Origin: Gracilinanus agilis
Taxonomy: Eukaryota
Length of the DNA: 64,000 nucleotides
Assembly (NCBI RefSeq): GCF_016433145.1
Contig: NC_058135.1
Coordinates: forward strand, 165,452,582 to 165,516,581
Reading direction: 5' to 3'
Shown: positions 38,401 through 51,000 of the stretch, piece by piece
How positions within the stretch are numbered: the stretch's first letter is position 1
How the letters are laid out: each line of letters begins with the position of its first letter
Made by a program: the position numbers and the translations under genes
The notes under the pieces: generated by a model
Seen by the model: only the letters and a program-made list of their open reading frames with translations
Database searches by the model: none
What the model was told of the DNA's origin: nothing

Positions 38401-41400
38401 AGAGGAACAGCTTTCAGCCTTGTGTTCTGGAAAACAATGTTGTTTTTCCGGTTCTCGCCCTTTGGAAGTCAGTTGTGAATGTTGCCTGTGCTTGCTGCTC
38501 AAATGTCAACGGAAGGATTTGTAGAGACAGGGCTGGTTTCGATCTTATTTCAGAAGTGACAGGAGAGACTGTTTTCCAGCTAACATTGCCAAAGTTACTT
38601 CAGAATCTAAAAGTTGCGAAGTTTCCCTCAGTTTTCCACTGTTCTCTCTTTCACTCTTATTTCTTACATTTCCTAGGTCTATTGAATTTTACTTAACATG
38701 TATGGGTTTCTTTATGTTTACATTTTATCCCCTTCCTTGCCTCCAAGGTCAACTGGATTAAGGCTGAAAACTAGTTTGGCCCCATTTATGATTTCCCAGC
38801 ACTTTTTTTTTAACCCTTACCTTCTGTCTTAGTATCAGTTCTAAGGCAGAAAGGCAGCAAAGGCTAGATAATCAGGGTTAATTTTGCCTTGCCCAAGGTC
38901 ACAGAGTGAGGCTCTATTAAAAGATACAGAAACCTATCATGAGGTCAAGTCTGTTCTTTGAATTCTTCTGTCCTTCTTTGGACTCTATAGTCTCTTCTGA
39001 GGCTGTCTAGGGTCAATTGGCTCAACTTAAGGTCAGAAGTTCGTTTTAGTTCTTAGAGTTTAGAACATGTCCAGGTCTCTGCTTCTTCAAGTGGAAAAGA
39101 AGCTGAGTAATATAGCAAGGAAGAACCCACAAGCTCTTCTCCCTAAAGCAAATAGCAATGGATGAGTGGGGACTTTTGTCCCATTTTCTCCCAGCTACAC
39201 ATCTCCACGTGTTCTTGCCTAGATCTCTCTGCAACTCTATGATTCAAAGTTGAAGCAAGGAATTTGAGATTAAGAGAAACTGTTGAGTGAACACAAATTT
39301 TAATTGGGATGTAAACATCCAAATTTAAACAAGAACAGAATGAGGTTTCAGTGGGAGGGTTTATTTTTTTTAAATGGATGAGTGTGGACCCTGCTGTTAG
39401 AACCAAGTCAGTACCAGCTGAAATAATAGAAAATATTCTTTGAAGCTTTGTGTATGTGTGTGTGTGTGAAGAGATCTGGGTTTGAATCCTGACTGTGCTA
39501 TTTACTACTTGGGCAGATCATTTAACCATTTAATACAGCGTCCTCATTTAGAAAATGGAGAAGTAGGATAGGATACTCTCTTAGGATTTTCTAATTCTAT
39601 GACTTGCTGAGGAAAAAAGAACTCTTTCTCTCCCTCTCTCCCTCTCATACATACATGCATCATATTATTGTAAATGGAAAGTAGTTTTAGAGAAAAGAGA
39701 CCATGAGGTCAGAATATCCTGCAGAAGGTGGGGGCCAAGGAAGCCAGGAGGTGAAGGTAAGGAGGCAGAGGATCCATTCATGGGGCACAGACAATGTAGA
39801 GTCAAACATTCAGAGATGCACTGTTAAAGTTTTAGGAAAATGAGGAGGTAAGTGTAGCAAGATTATAATGTGGAAGGGAACAAGGTAGGAAAGAAAGAAA
39901 GGACCAGTTTGTGAAGGTCTTTAAAAGCCAAATAGAGGATTTTCTATTTGTTCCTGGAAGTAATAGAAAGCTACTACTGCTTTTTTGGGTTGACATGCTT
40001 AGTCCTGTTCTTTAGGAAGATCACTTAGACAACCAAGTGGAGGATGGACTGGAGTGAGTCAGAACTTGAGGTAGGGAGGCACACTAGAAGGAAAGCTATT
40101 GTCAGTGATCCAAGTATAAGAGGATGATGGCTGGCACCAAGTTGGCAGTTGTGTGAGAGGGAGAAAAGGATGTCCATGAGAGATGTTGTAAAAACAGAAA
40201 CAAGGTTTGGTAACAAATTAGATATGAGATGTGAGTGCAGGTGAGGTATTGATGATGATGCCAAGGTTGCTCCTGGTTGACAGGAATAGGGAGATTTAGA
40301 TATTAAGCATGTTGTAGGTGAAAGTTGATGGGTTCTCTTTTGGACATGATGAGTTTTGAGATGCCTATGAGGCATCCAGTTTGAGATGTCTAAACGATAG
40401 TTGGTAATGTGAGACAAGAGCTTAGGAGAGATTGGGGATGATTATATAGGTCTGGAAGGGATCTGAAAAGAAATGGGCTCAGTGATAATTGAACCCATGG
40501 GGACAAATGAGATTACCAGTCAAGATAGGATAGAGGGAGAAGAGAAGAGGGCCAGGACAGACCCATGGGGGACATCTATGGTTAATAGGTCTGACCTGGA
40601 TACAGCAAAGGAGATTGATAAAGAAGGTGTAGACAAATTGAAAAGAAGCCATGAGATAGAGTCATGGAAACCTAAAGAAGAGAGCATATCCAGGAGAAGA
40701 AGGTGATTGACAGAGCCAAAGGCTGCAGAGTGGTCCAGAAGGATGAAGATTAAGAGAGGGGCTATTCAATTTGGCAAGCATGAGGTCATTGCTAACTTTG
40801 GAAAGAGCAGTTTCTGTTAAACAATGAAGGTTCTGGGCAGATTGAAGAGAGTTTAGAGGCAAGTGTGAGGAGAGAGAGTGGAAGTCATGCATTTAGAAGG
40901 TTTTCTCAAGGATTTTAGCCAGGAAGGGAAGGAAGATATAGAATGATAGCTTGTGGGGATGGTTGGATCCAGTGTGAGTTTTTTAAGATTGGAGACATAG
41001 ATGGAAGACACGGGCATGTTTGCATGGTAGCAGACATAGAGATTAAAGGTTAGTGAGGGAGTGGGAATGATAAAGAGGACAATCAGCTAGAGAAAATGGG
41101 ATGGATCAAGACAAAAGGGTACATGTACAAAGGTTTGCCTTGGCAAAGAGAAGGGCCATGTTTTCATGTGAGACAGAGGAAAAGGAGGAGATAGTGAAGG
41201 AAGGCATCTGAATGGTGAAAGATGAGAAGGAAAAACAGAACTCCTGGCAAATGGCCTCATTTTGTGTGTCTGTGTATGTGAAGTCTGAAGCCTGAGTACC
41301 TTTGGTGAAAGTTTTTATGTGAGTCAGATAGCCAGCCAGTTAGGGAAGTGTAAAAGGATTGTCATGCTTCATTGAGGGCCCAGGTGAGATTATGTAACTT

Positions 41401-41970
41401 AAATGTATACTGAATACAGTCAACATGGATCTTGTTTTTTTCCAGTCACTTTCAATAACTAGCTTGTGAACAGGAATGAAAGCAGTATATTTGGGGAGTA
41501 ATCCAAATTTGGATTTTGGCAAAGCTTGATTGGCACTAGAACAAGGGGCTAAGGAACTTAAGTGTAAAGGATACTATTACAGTTGAAGCGATTTAACCAG
41601 AGGTCAAGATAGGGAAAGGAGGAAAGCATAGCCAACGTAAGTGCAATGGGCCTGAGAAAGAACTAAGGCATGGAGGGATTAGAGGTCACAATGATGATAA
41701 ATGATGTGGGGATTGTAAGGAGGAGGGAAACATAGCATGATAAAAGCTTATCAAATGAGGGAATTTTAGATTTCATGATTATGGAACTAGAATACTTGTG
41801 GGTGAGAGCAAAATCGAGTATATGGCTGTGTGTAGTTGAGGTAGAGTGATGAAGTGACATATGGCAACTGAGTGAGGAGGGTATGAATTAAAGTGCAAAC
41901 AATACTGAAAAGGGGTAGACACACAGAATCATCAGGAGGGAACCAGAGCTCAGTGAGTGAAAGAAGATGC

Positions 41971-42015
<45 letters not shown>

Positions 42016-45000
42016 TATCACAAGTGACATATATTGGAAAGTTAGGAAACTTGAATGAGTACCTGTATTTTGGATGGCATACCTATAGTATGATGGCAGG
42101 AGTTGGGGTGGAACAGTCACTCAACTCATTGAGAAAGTAGATGACAGCTACCAGATTAGTAGATAACAGCTACCAGAATTTCAATTATATGACAAATTTG
42201 GATTGAGTGTTGGTGGTAGATGGTTTGTCTAGATTTGATGATGGGGAGAGAGGAGTATTTTGACTTTCCCAGTGTGACTGATGAGTCAGGTGATATTAGT
42301 AAAAATGCAACCAGTCAAAAGACATTTTTAAAAAACAAATATATTTCTAATTGATTTTGTTAAATATTTCCCAATTACATGAAGATATTTTAATACTGAT
42401 CTTTTAAAATTTTGAATAGTAAATTCTCTCCCTCCCTCCTGCTCCTCCCCTTCCCCTTGAGAAGGCAAGTAACACAACACTGATTATCATATTGAGACTT
42501 ATTTCCATATTAGTCATATTGCAAAAGGAAACACATACACACACAAGAAAAATAAAGGAAAAGAAATATGCTTCAATCTGCACTCAGAGTTCATCAGTTC
42601 TCTTTCTGGAGATGGATAACATTTTTCATCATGAGACCCTTAGAATTGTCTTGGATCCTTGTAGCTAAGTCTTTCACAGCTGATCTCATTACGATATTAC
42701 TGGCAGTATATACAATGTTCTCTTAGTTCTATTCACTTTACATAAGACTTCAATTCATATGAGACTTCCAAGGTTATTGAAACCTTCCTGCTCATCATTT
42801 CTTAGAGCACATTAGTATTCCATCACAATTATACTACAACTTAGTCAGCCATTCCCCAATTGGTGAGTGATCCCTCAATTTCCAATTCTTTGCTACCACA
42901 AAAAGAGGTCTTGTAAATATTTTTGTGCAGATCTTTTTTCCCTTTTCTTTGATCTTAAAGAGATACAGACCTAGTCGTTGTATTTCTGGGTCAAAGGGTA
43001 TGCAGTTTTTATAGCTTTGGGGAGTGGTTCCAATACAATGATAACTAGTGGGGGTGGTTGGAGTCAATAAGTATGCTTTTTAAGAATGGAGGCATAGATG
43101 GAAGACATAGGCATGTTTGCTTGGTAGCAGAGAAGCAGGACATAGAGATTAAAGGTTAGTGAGGGAGTGGGGATGATAAAGAAGGCAGTCTGCTGGAGAA
43201 GATGGGATGGAACAGGACAACAGATTTGCCTTGGCAAAGAGAAGGGCCATATTTTCATGTGAGGCAGGGATAAAGGAGGAGATAGTAAAAGAAGACGCCT
43301 GCGTGCTATAAGATGAGGAGGAGGGAAAACAGAGTTCCTGGTGAATGCCCTCAAAGTTTTTTTTGTAGAGTCTGAAGCCTGAGAACCTTTGGGGAAATTT
43401 TTGTTCCAGATTGTTCTCTAGAATAGTTGGACCAGTCCTCAACTCCACCATCTTTGTATGAATGGCCCTATTTTTCTCTATTCCCTCTAGCATTTTTCAT
43501 TTTCCTTTTCTGTCATGTTAGCCAATCTTATAGATTTGGGGTTGTATCTCAGAATTGTTTTAATTTACCTTTCTCTAAACCAGTGATGGGCAAACTTTTT
43601 AAAGAGGGGGCCAAAGGAAAGGAAATACTCATCTGTCAGTCTGTTTCTAAGGCAACTCTTTTGAAGTTTCATTGAATTGTACCCTACTCCTCGTATTCAT
43701 CAGATTAGGAATAATGTCTTAAGGACAGATAGAACATTTCTGGGAGCTGCATCTGACCCTCCAGCTATAGTTTGCCCATCACTGCTCTAAACAATAGTGA
43801 TATAGAGCTTTTTATGTAACTATTTGATTCCTCCTTCTGAAATTCCTGTCCTTTTTAAAAATTTTATTTATTTAGAATATTTTTCCACGGTTACATGATA
43901 CATATTCTTTCCCTCTCCTCTTCCCTCCCCACTCTCGTAGCTGAGGAGCAATTTCACTGGGTTATACATGTATCATTGTCTAAAACCTATTTCCATATTA
44001 TTAATATTTGCAGTAGAGTGATCATTTAAAGCCAACATCCCAAATCATATACCCGTTGAACTGCATGATTGATCATATGTTTGAAATTCCTATCCTTTGA
44101 TAATTTTTCAATTGGAGAATGGCTCATATTTTTTTTAAATTTGGCTGAGTTCCTTATCTATTTGAGAAATGATACCTTCATCTGAGAAACTTACTATAAA
44201 TTTTTTTGCCCAAATCCCTTTCTAATTTTGGCTGTATTAGTTTTGTTTTTGCAAAATCTGTTTTTTTAACCTTTACTTTCTGTTTTAGAATTGATACTAA
44301 GTATCATTTCCAAGGCAGAAAAGCAGTAAGGGATAGGCAGTTGAGATGAAGTGATTTGCTCGGGGTCACACAGCTAGGAAGTATCTGAGGTCACATTTGA
44401 ACCCAGGATCTCCTGTCTCCAGGACTGACACTCTTTCCACTGAACCACCTGACTGCCCCTTTGCAAAGCCTTTTTAATTTCATGTAACCAAAATTATCCA
44501 TTTTACTTCTTGTAATTCTCTCTTACCTCTTGTTTGGTCATCTGACGGGTAACTTTTTCCATGCTCTCCTAATATACTTATGAAGTCATCCTTTATTTCT
44601 AAATCCATTTTAACCTTATTTTGATAGACAATGTGAGATGTTGAGTTATGCCTAGTTTCTGCCAACCTACTTTTTAGTTTTCCCAGCAATTTTTATTAGA
44701 TGGAGAATTCTTGCTCCAAAAGCTGGGATCTTTGGGTTTATCAAACCTTAGATTACTGTGGTCATTTACTACTGTGTTTTGTGTATCTAATCTATTCTAC
44801 TCATCATCCCCTCTATATCTTAGCCATCACTGGATTGTTTTCAGGATTACTACTTTATAATATAGTTTGACCCCCCAAATGGAGTCTTTAAGAGTTGAAC
44901 TTAAATGATTAAACAACAACAACCATATAGTTTGAAATCTGGTTCAAAAGACAATTGGGAAGTGCTTCTTTTTAATCAGCACTGAAAAGGGAGACCAAAA

Positions 45001-48000
45001 ATGCAGGTTAATAGGAAGAGGCTAGGTCTCAATGAATGTCCCAAGATTCTTCTATCATAATAATAACAATAATAATAATAGCTGGAGGTTTGCAAAATGC
45101 TTTGCATAGTTATCTTATTTGATCCTTAAAACAGTCCTTTGAGGTATTATTACAATTTACAGATGAGGAAACTGAGGCACAAAGAAGTGAAAGTATTTGT
45201 CTAAGCTCACACATCTTGTAACTTTTTAGAAAGGACTCTTATTTCATGTAATACTGACTCCAAGATCAGCTCTTTATCCACCACGGCAAACTGCCTTTAT
45301 AATTTAACAAGTTCTTTGTACTTTGTGTACAAATCTTATTTCCCCAGTAGATCAGAAACTCCTTGAGAATAGAGACTCATTTTCATTTTTGTATTCCCAG
45401 TACCCGCCACATAGTAGGCACTTAATAAAAGTTGAGTTCAAAATCATTGCGGGAGAGGTGTGTCTCTAAATCCCCTTGTTCTCCATTTTATCTCTTACCG
45501 ACTTCTGGTTTCTCTGTCATTTTAGTACTTTTCTGTCACCTCCATGTGAGCTTGAACAGGGAAAGCAAAAGGAGTTTGTTGGAGTTAGAAATTCTGCATT
45601 AAGGCTGGGGTACAGAAGAGGTTTAAACCTTTGGGTGAAAGGAAAATTTGAGATTTCTCTGCAGAGTGTTTTGGTTTTGTTTTTTTTTTTTTCCCTTATG
45701 CTAAACTTTTAATGCCTTTAAGACTTGGTCCAGGTTATTTTGGCAGTTATATTTGTGGCTAAGTGCAAGTAAAATATGATTATTGAAACTTTGGCCATTA
45801 CATAGCCTCGGACCTAATGTAATTTTTTTTTCTTTCTGCAGGTTAGTAGCAAAGATGAAGATTTTCTTGACCTTTCTGTTGATGTGGAACAGAATACATC
45901 AATCACACACTGTCTAAGGCAAGTGGACTGTGTCGTGCCCCTATTTATTTCTTTTAGGTCAATTTAGTGATACACAAATACAAAAAGCCCAAGTTTCCTT
46001 CCCTTTTTTCAAAAGATGTTTCTATGCCACTCATTTGAAATCTGTCATTTCATTACCTTCTCCCCCTCCTGGAAGGGATTGGAAGTAAACAAGAGCAGGC
46101 ATTGAGAGAAGAGACTTTTAGAGAGAAAAGGCAAGAGAACAGTTTAGAAATGTTTTTAAAGTTTTAGATGTTTGATATTCTGTTTAATCTCTTAAGCATG
46201 AAGTATGTGCATTTTGCTTATATCAATCATACTTGTGTAAAATATATTAGCTTTGTGGAAAGAAGGGAAAGAGAAGAGGATAGAAAAAAATGAAGGGAAG
46301 AAGGGAAAATTTTAGCTCTTTCTATGTATCAAACTCTGTGCTAAGTATTGGGGATAAAAGAATGAACAAAAAGCAAGTCCCTTTCCTCAAAGAATTTCAA
46401 TCCTAATGGGGAGAGACTACATATAAGAGGCAGCTGAAAAGCCTGGGAGAGGATGAATCTGGAAGGTATCCAGAGCAGGGAAGTCCAGAGAAAGTCAAGA
46501 ATTGGACACAGAGTGGAATGAAGTCAGACTGGCCTGGGCCTCTACAAAATGGAGGCTCCTCGAAGAACTCTCCAATGAGAGAAGGCAGGGTTGATGTTCT
46601 AGAGGGATATTTCAGGGTGGTGAGCTGGATGAGGGAGTGGTTGGCTGTTCCAGGGCAAGGAGGTCCTAGGTGCTGAGGAAAGTTCTAAGATAAGTCTGAA
46701 GTAGAAGGGGCATAGTTTAAAAATTTTAATTTAGTTAACTTTTTAAAAATAAGCTTTTTTATGGTATTATTTTTTGGTGGGGGAGATTGGGTCTCTGGGT
46801 GTCACCGAGACTGGAAAAATAGTAGCCTGAGCTGATTGGTTGCTGGTTGGTGGGGAAGCTTTGATGCACTCCATTTCTGACCTCTGATAGTTTGCCTCTC
46901 ATGATGCAACCTGGCTTCCCTCCCCACACTTCTGCCAACTCCCAGAGTTCACCATATTGGTGTCATACTTAGTTCAAACACTTGATTGGCCATGCCCCTG
47001 TAGCTGTTCAGAACTCCTGAGCTCAAGACATCCATCAGGCTCAGCCTCCTCAGTAGCAGGGAATATAGATGTATACCCCCATACTTTCAAGTTCCCTTTT
47101 ACTTTTGGAACCTCAACTCTAGAGATAGACTTACTCTGGGAATTTTCTTCTCTTTCTAACTCTCAGCATTTAATAGGAACAGTTTCTGGAAGGGATCTCA
47201 TTGAGATTAAAGGAAACAAGGGACTCAGAGTTTATTACTTGCCTAAGGTTACAAAAAGAATGCTAACTAGGAGGAACTAGAACTACATCATCAAAGGATT
47301 TTTAATAGCATTTTTGTTTTTTACAAAATTGTATTTGATCTTTCATTTTACCATTTTTATTATAAAGATATTTTATTATAAAGATATTTACCAATTACAT
47401 ATAATAATGAATGAAACATAAGTTTTCTGAAATGATCCAAATTGTCTCCTTCCCTTCTTCCCTCCCCACTTCTGGAGCTGACAAGCAATTTGATCTGAGT
47501 TATACATGTTTTATCATGCAAAATGCATTTGCATATTGAACATTTTTATAAGGGAATAATCACATAAAACCAAAAACCCAAATACACTACAGTGAAACAT
47601 TGTATGCTTTCTATCTGCATTCTGATTCCAGCAGTTCTAGAATTGTATTTTAGATTGTTACAAGGTGAAACCATTCAAGAAAAGAAAGCTTGATGCAGAT
47701 AGGAAGGTGAGGAGATACTATTGATGGAAATCAGCAAGCCTCAACCACAGTTTCTCCTTTAACTAAGGGTCCAGATTAGTTAGAACTTCTCCTCTAGGGG
47801 AGGTTTATGCAAGAAAACAAAGGTTGGTGTCCTGCACTAAAGGCAATAGGAACCACTTCTGGGATCAGATAGAAAGAGGCCCCAACCTGGCTCCAGGGGA
47901 CGCCAGTTAAACTGGGAAAACCACAATGCTGCTTCTCTAAATACCTTAAGTTAAAGAGAACAGTGCTATTCTGACAGCTTTTGGACCTTTGGTCCAATTT

Positions 48001-51000
48001 TAGTTTTTTCCTTTATTTTGAGTCACTTTGGGGTCCCTGAACTTTTCTTAAGGAGGAAGTAATAAGAGCTGACATTTTTATAGCATATTCAGATTTATAA
48101 TGTGTTCTCATTTGATCCTCACACCAACTCATGCTAAAGTTCTAAAAATATTACTAATCTGATTTAATAATTGTAAGGTATTATCCCCATTTTAAAGATA
48201 ATAAACAGAGGCTGAGGCTTTAAATGACTTGTCCGTGGTCACACAGGTGGTAGGTGTTGGAAGTGGGATTTGAAACCAGTTTTCTTTTGACTGCAAGCTC
48301 AATTCTTTTTCCACTAACTTTTGCCTTTTGTGACTTTTCCTTATGAGTAACTAAACTTAAATTTAATTCACTTGAGGGCCTGCCATGTGCCTTCTGGGCA
48401 ACTAAGTGGCATAATGGATAGAGTGACAGATCTGAAGTCAGGAAGACTCATCTTCATGAATTTTAATCCCGCCTCAGATACTTACTGATTATGTCACTCC
48501 ATGCAAATTGCTTAACTTGTTTTGCCTCAGTTTCCTCATACCTTTAAAATGAACGGGAGAAGGCAATGGCAAACCACCCCCCATATCTTTGCCAAGAAAA
48601 CTTCAAATGTGGTCACGAAGAGCTGGACATGACTGAAATGACTGTAGAAATCAATGAACATGTGCCTTCTGTCACCGTGCGAGGCACCCCTGAGACTGAG
48701 GGACGATGTGAGGGAAGATGTACATAGATCCTAAGGAGAGTGAGGGAAATGCAGAGGGGAAGTCTGGACGAGTTGCTCTGAGGCATAGGAAGGAAAGCCT
48801 AGTTTCCCCTGGTGGTTAGAAGACAGACTTGGAAGACTAGAGGAGAAAGTAACACCTGAGTTGGGTCTTGAAGGATGGGAGAGAATTCACCGTGGGAAGA
48901 GAGAGAGGACTGGATGGGCAAAGGCGTGATGATGAAGGAGAGCCAAATGAAGTTAGGCAACAGAGAATTTGTTGAATCAACTCACAGATCCTGCCCTCAG
49001 AAGAGTTTTCAATCTATATAAGTAACCTATCAGGCAGAATGTACTAATTCTGAAGGAAAGGTCCCATATGCTATAAAAAAATGTCACCCTGGATAGATCA
49101 CTTTCTGCAGGAGGGGAGCTTCTGAGTTGGACTTTGAAAGAGGGGAGCGACTCCAACAGATGGGCCTAGAAAGAGACTGGGAAATCTATTGCAAACGTAG
49201 CACATTGCTTGGCACATAGTAGGCATTTAATAAATGCGTGTTGACTGACTCATCAGCCTACAAAGGGAACTAAAAGAACAAAGTCACAGAGATTTGGTTG
49301 ACACAAGCAGTTTGTGTCAACCTGTGGGTAGGGAATACTGTGGAATAAAGCTAGATGGGAAGATTGGAAGGTCTTGAATGCCTGGTTAAGAAGTAGTACA
49401 CCTGATGATTACCAGGAGCTTAGGGAAGGTTTTGTCATGCAGATGTCCAGGAAAGAAGGATTCTGCCAACTGGGCTCTCCCCCACCTCCCCCAAGGAATT
49501 CGTGTGAACTATGGAAAGGGGCAGGGCATAGCTATGGCAGCCTATTTGATAATAGTCTAGATAAGGTTTTGTGATCTAAAAAAATTCTGAACTAAACAAA
49601 CACCAAATAGAATGATCATTTCCATGCGTGAAATAGAACAGAAAAAGAGAATTAGCACATGAACTTGTGAATCCGCTTATAGATTGCTTTTCCTTTTAAA
49701 TATAAAATAATTCAGCAGGCACTTTCAAAAATGACCTGCTTATCTGTTTTTCCTTCTGGTCCTCTTTCTGTTCTCTTCTTGTCTATATTTTCCCCCTAGC
49801 ATGCCTTCTGTTCTCCTCTGTACATTTTATATGTTAAATTTTTTTCCATTGAATTAGCATTTATTTTATCTCCGACATAAACTCTCCCACTGGAAAAAAG
49901 AAAAACGAAAAACAAAAGTCTGGTAACGAATATGCATAGGCAGGCAAAACAAATTCAAGGATTGGCCACGTACCAAAATGTATATTTCATTCTGCACCGT
50001 GAATCCTTTCCCTCTCTGTAAGGAAGCAGGCAGTATGGTTCTTCATTAATCCTTTGGAATTGTGGTTGATTATTGTATTCATTGATAAGAGTTCTTAATT
50101 TTTCTGGAGTGTGTTTCTACAAGGTTGTTATTTTATAAAGTGGTCTCCTGTTTCTTGTATTAGTTCATTTTTTAGGAAAATTCAAATATCTTAAAATTTA
50201 ATCTATTTTTTATTTCTTATATAGTTTAAAAAATTCTTGAATCCTTTTTTTTGAGGACTGTATAGCTAGCCTTCTTTTCCCTCCCACCCCTCCTGCAAAA
50301 GTAAAAACAAAACCTTTGTAATAAATATTAGTCAAATAGAATAATATCCTCTATTGCCTATGTCCCCAAATATCTCTATGCATTCTGAGCTCATCACTTC
50401 TTTCTAAGGAGGTTGATAGCATATTTGATCATCAGTGTGTGCTCAGGCATCTTAACTGATCATTGCATCAAACCCAGTTATTAAGTCTTTCAAGCTGTTT
50501 TTCTTTACAATGTTATTATTGTTCTCTAGGTTATGTTTACTTCATTTGGCATCTGTTCAAATAAGTCTTCCCCTGTTTCTTTGAACTCTCCTCATTTCTT
50601 GAGAGTGCCATAAAATAATATTCCCATATCACAATTTGTTTGGCCACTCCAATTGATGAGTACTCCCTTAGCTTCCAGTTCTTTGCTATAATTACAATAA
50701 AATAAACTGCTGGAAACATTTTTATACTTAGGTACAAGGAATAGTTCCTTTCCTCTCTTTTTGATTTTCTTAGGGTAGTGACCTAGTAGCAATATTGCTT
50801 GGTCATGGTTTAATGCTCAGGAGCACACAATTCCATTTCGTTATGACTTTGTCAATAGCAGATCTCCTAGAGAGAAGACAATTCTCAGACAGAGAAACGT
50901 GATTCTTGTACATTCTTTCCACTTTGTTCTTGCAAAATGTATCTATGCCCCCTGTTGGTCAGCTGTGCTTGAGAGAAGGGCTTGTAACATCTGGAACTGT

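Larger units (their letters stand above)
42340..44880 (-). mobile_element. Old L1 (3'UTR and ORF2 end) interrupted by several nested insertions
   Basis: Minus-strand [14 protein letters not shown]...[16 protein letters not shown]...IGEWL; continues after 43402. Confidence 0.8.

Noticed and set aside
38397-38696. 99-aa [12 protein letters not shown]...
   Set aside because: No recognisable homology or coding signature; intronic.
46957-47280. 107-aa ORF
   Set aside because: Antisense reading of the 7SL retrocopy plus flank.
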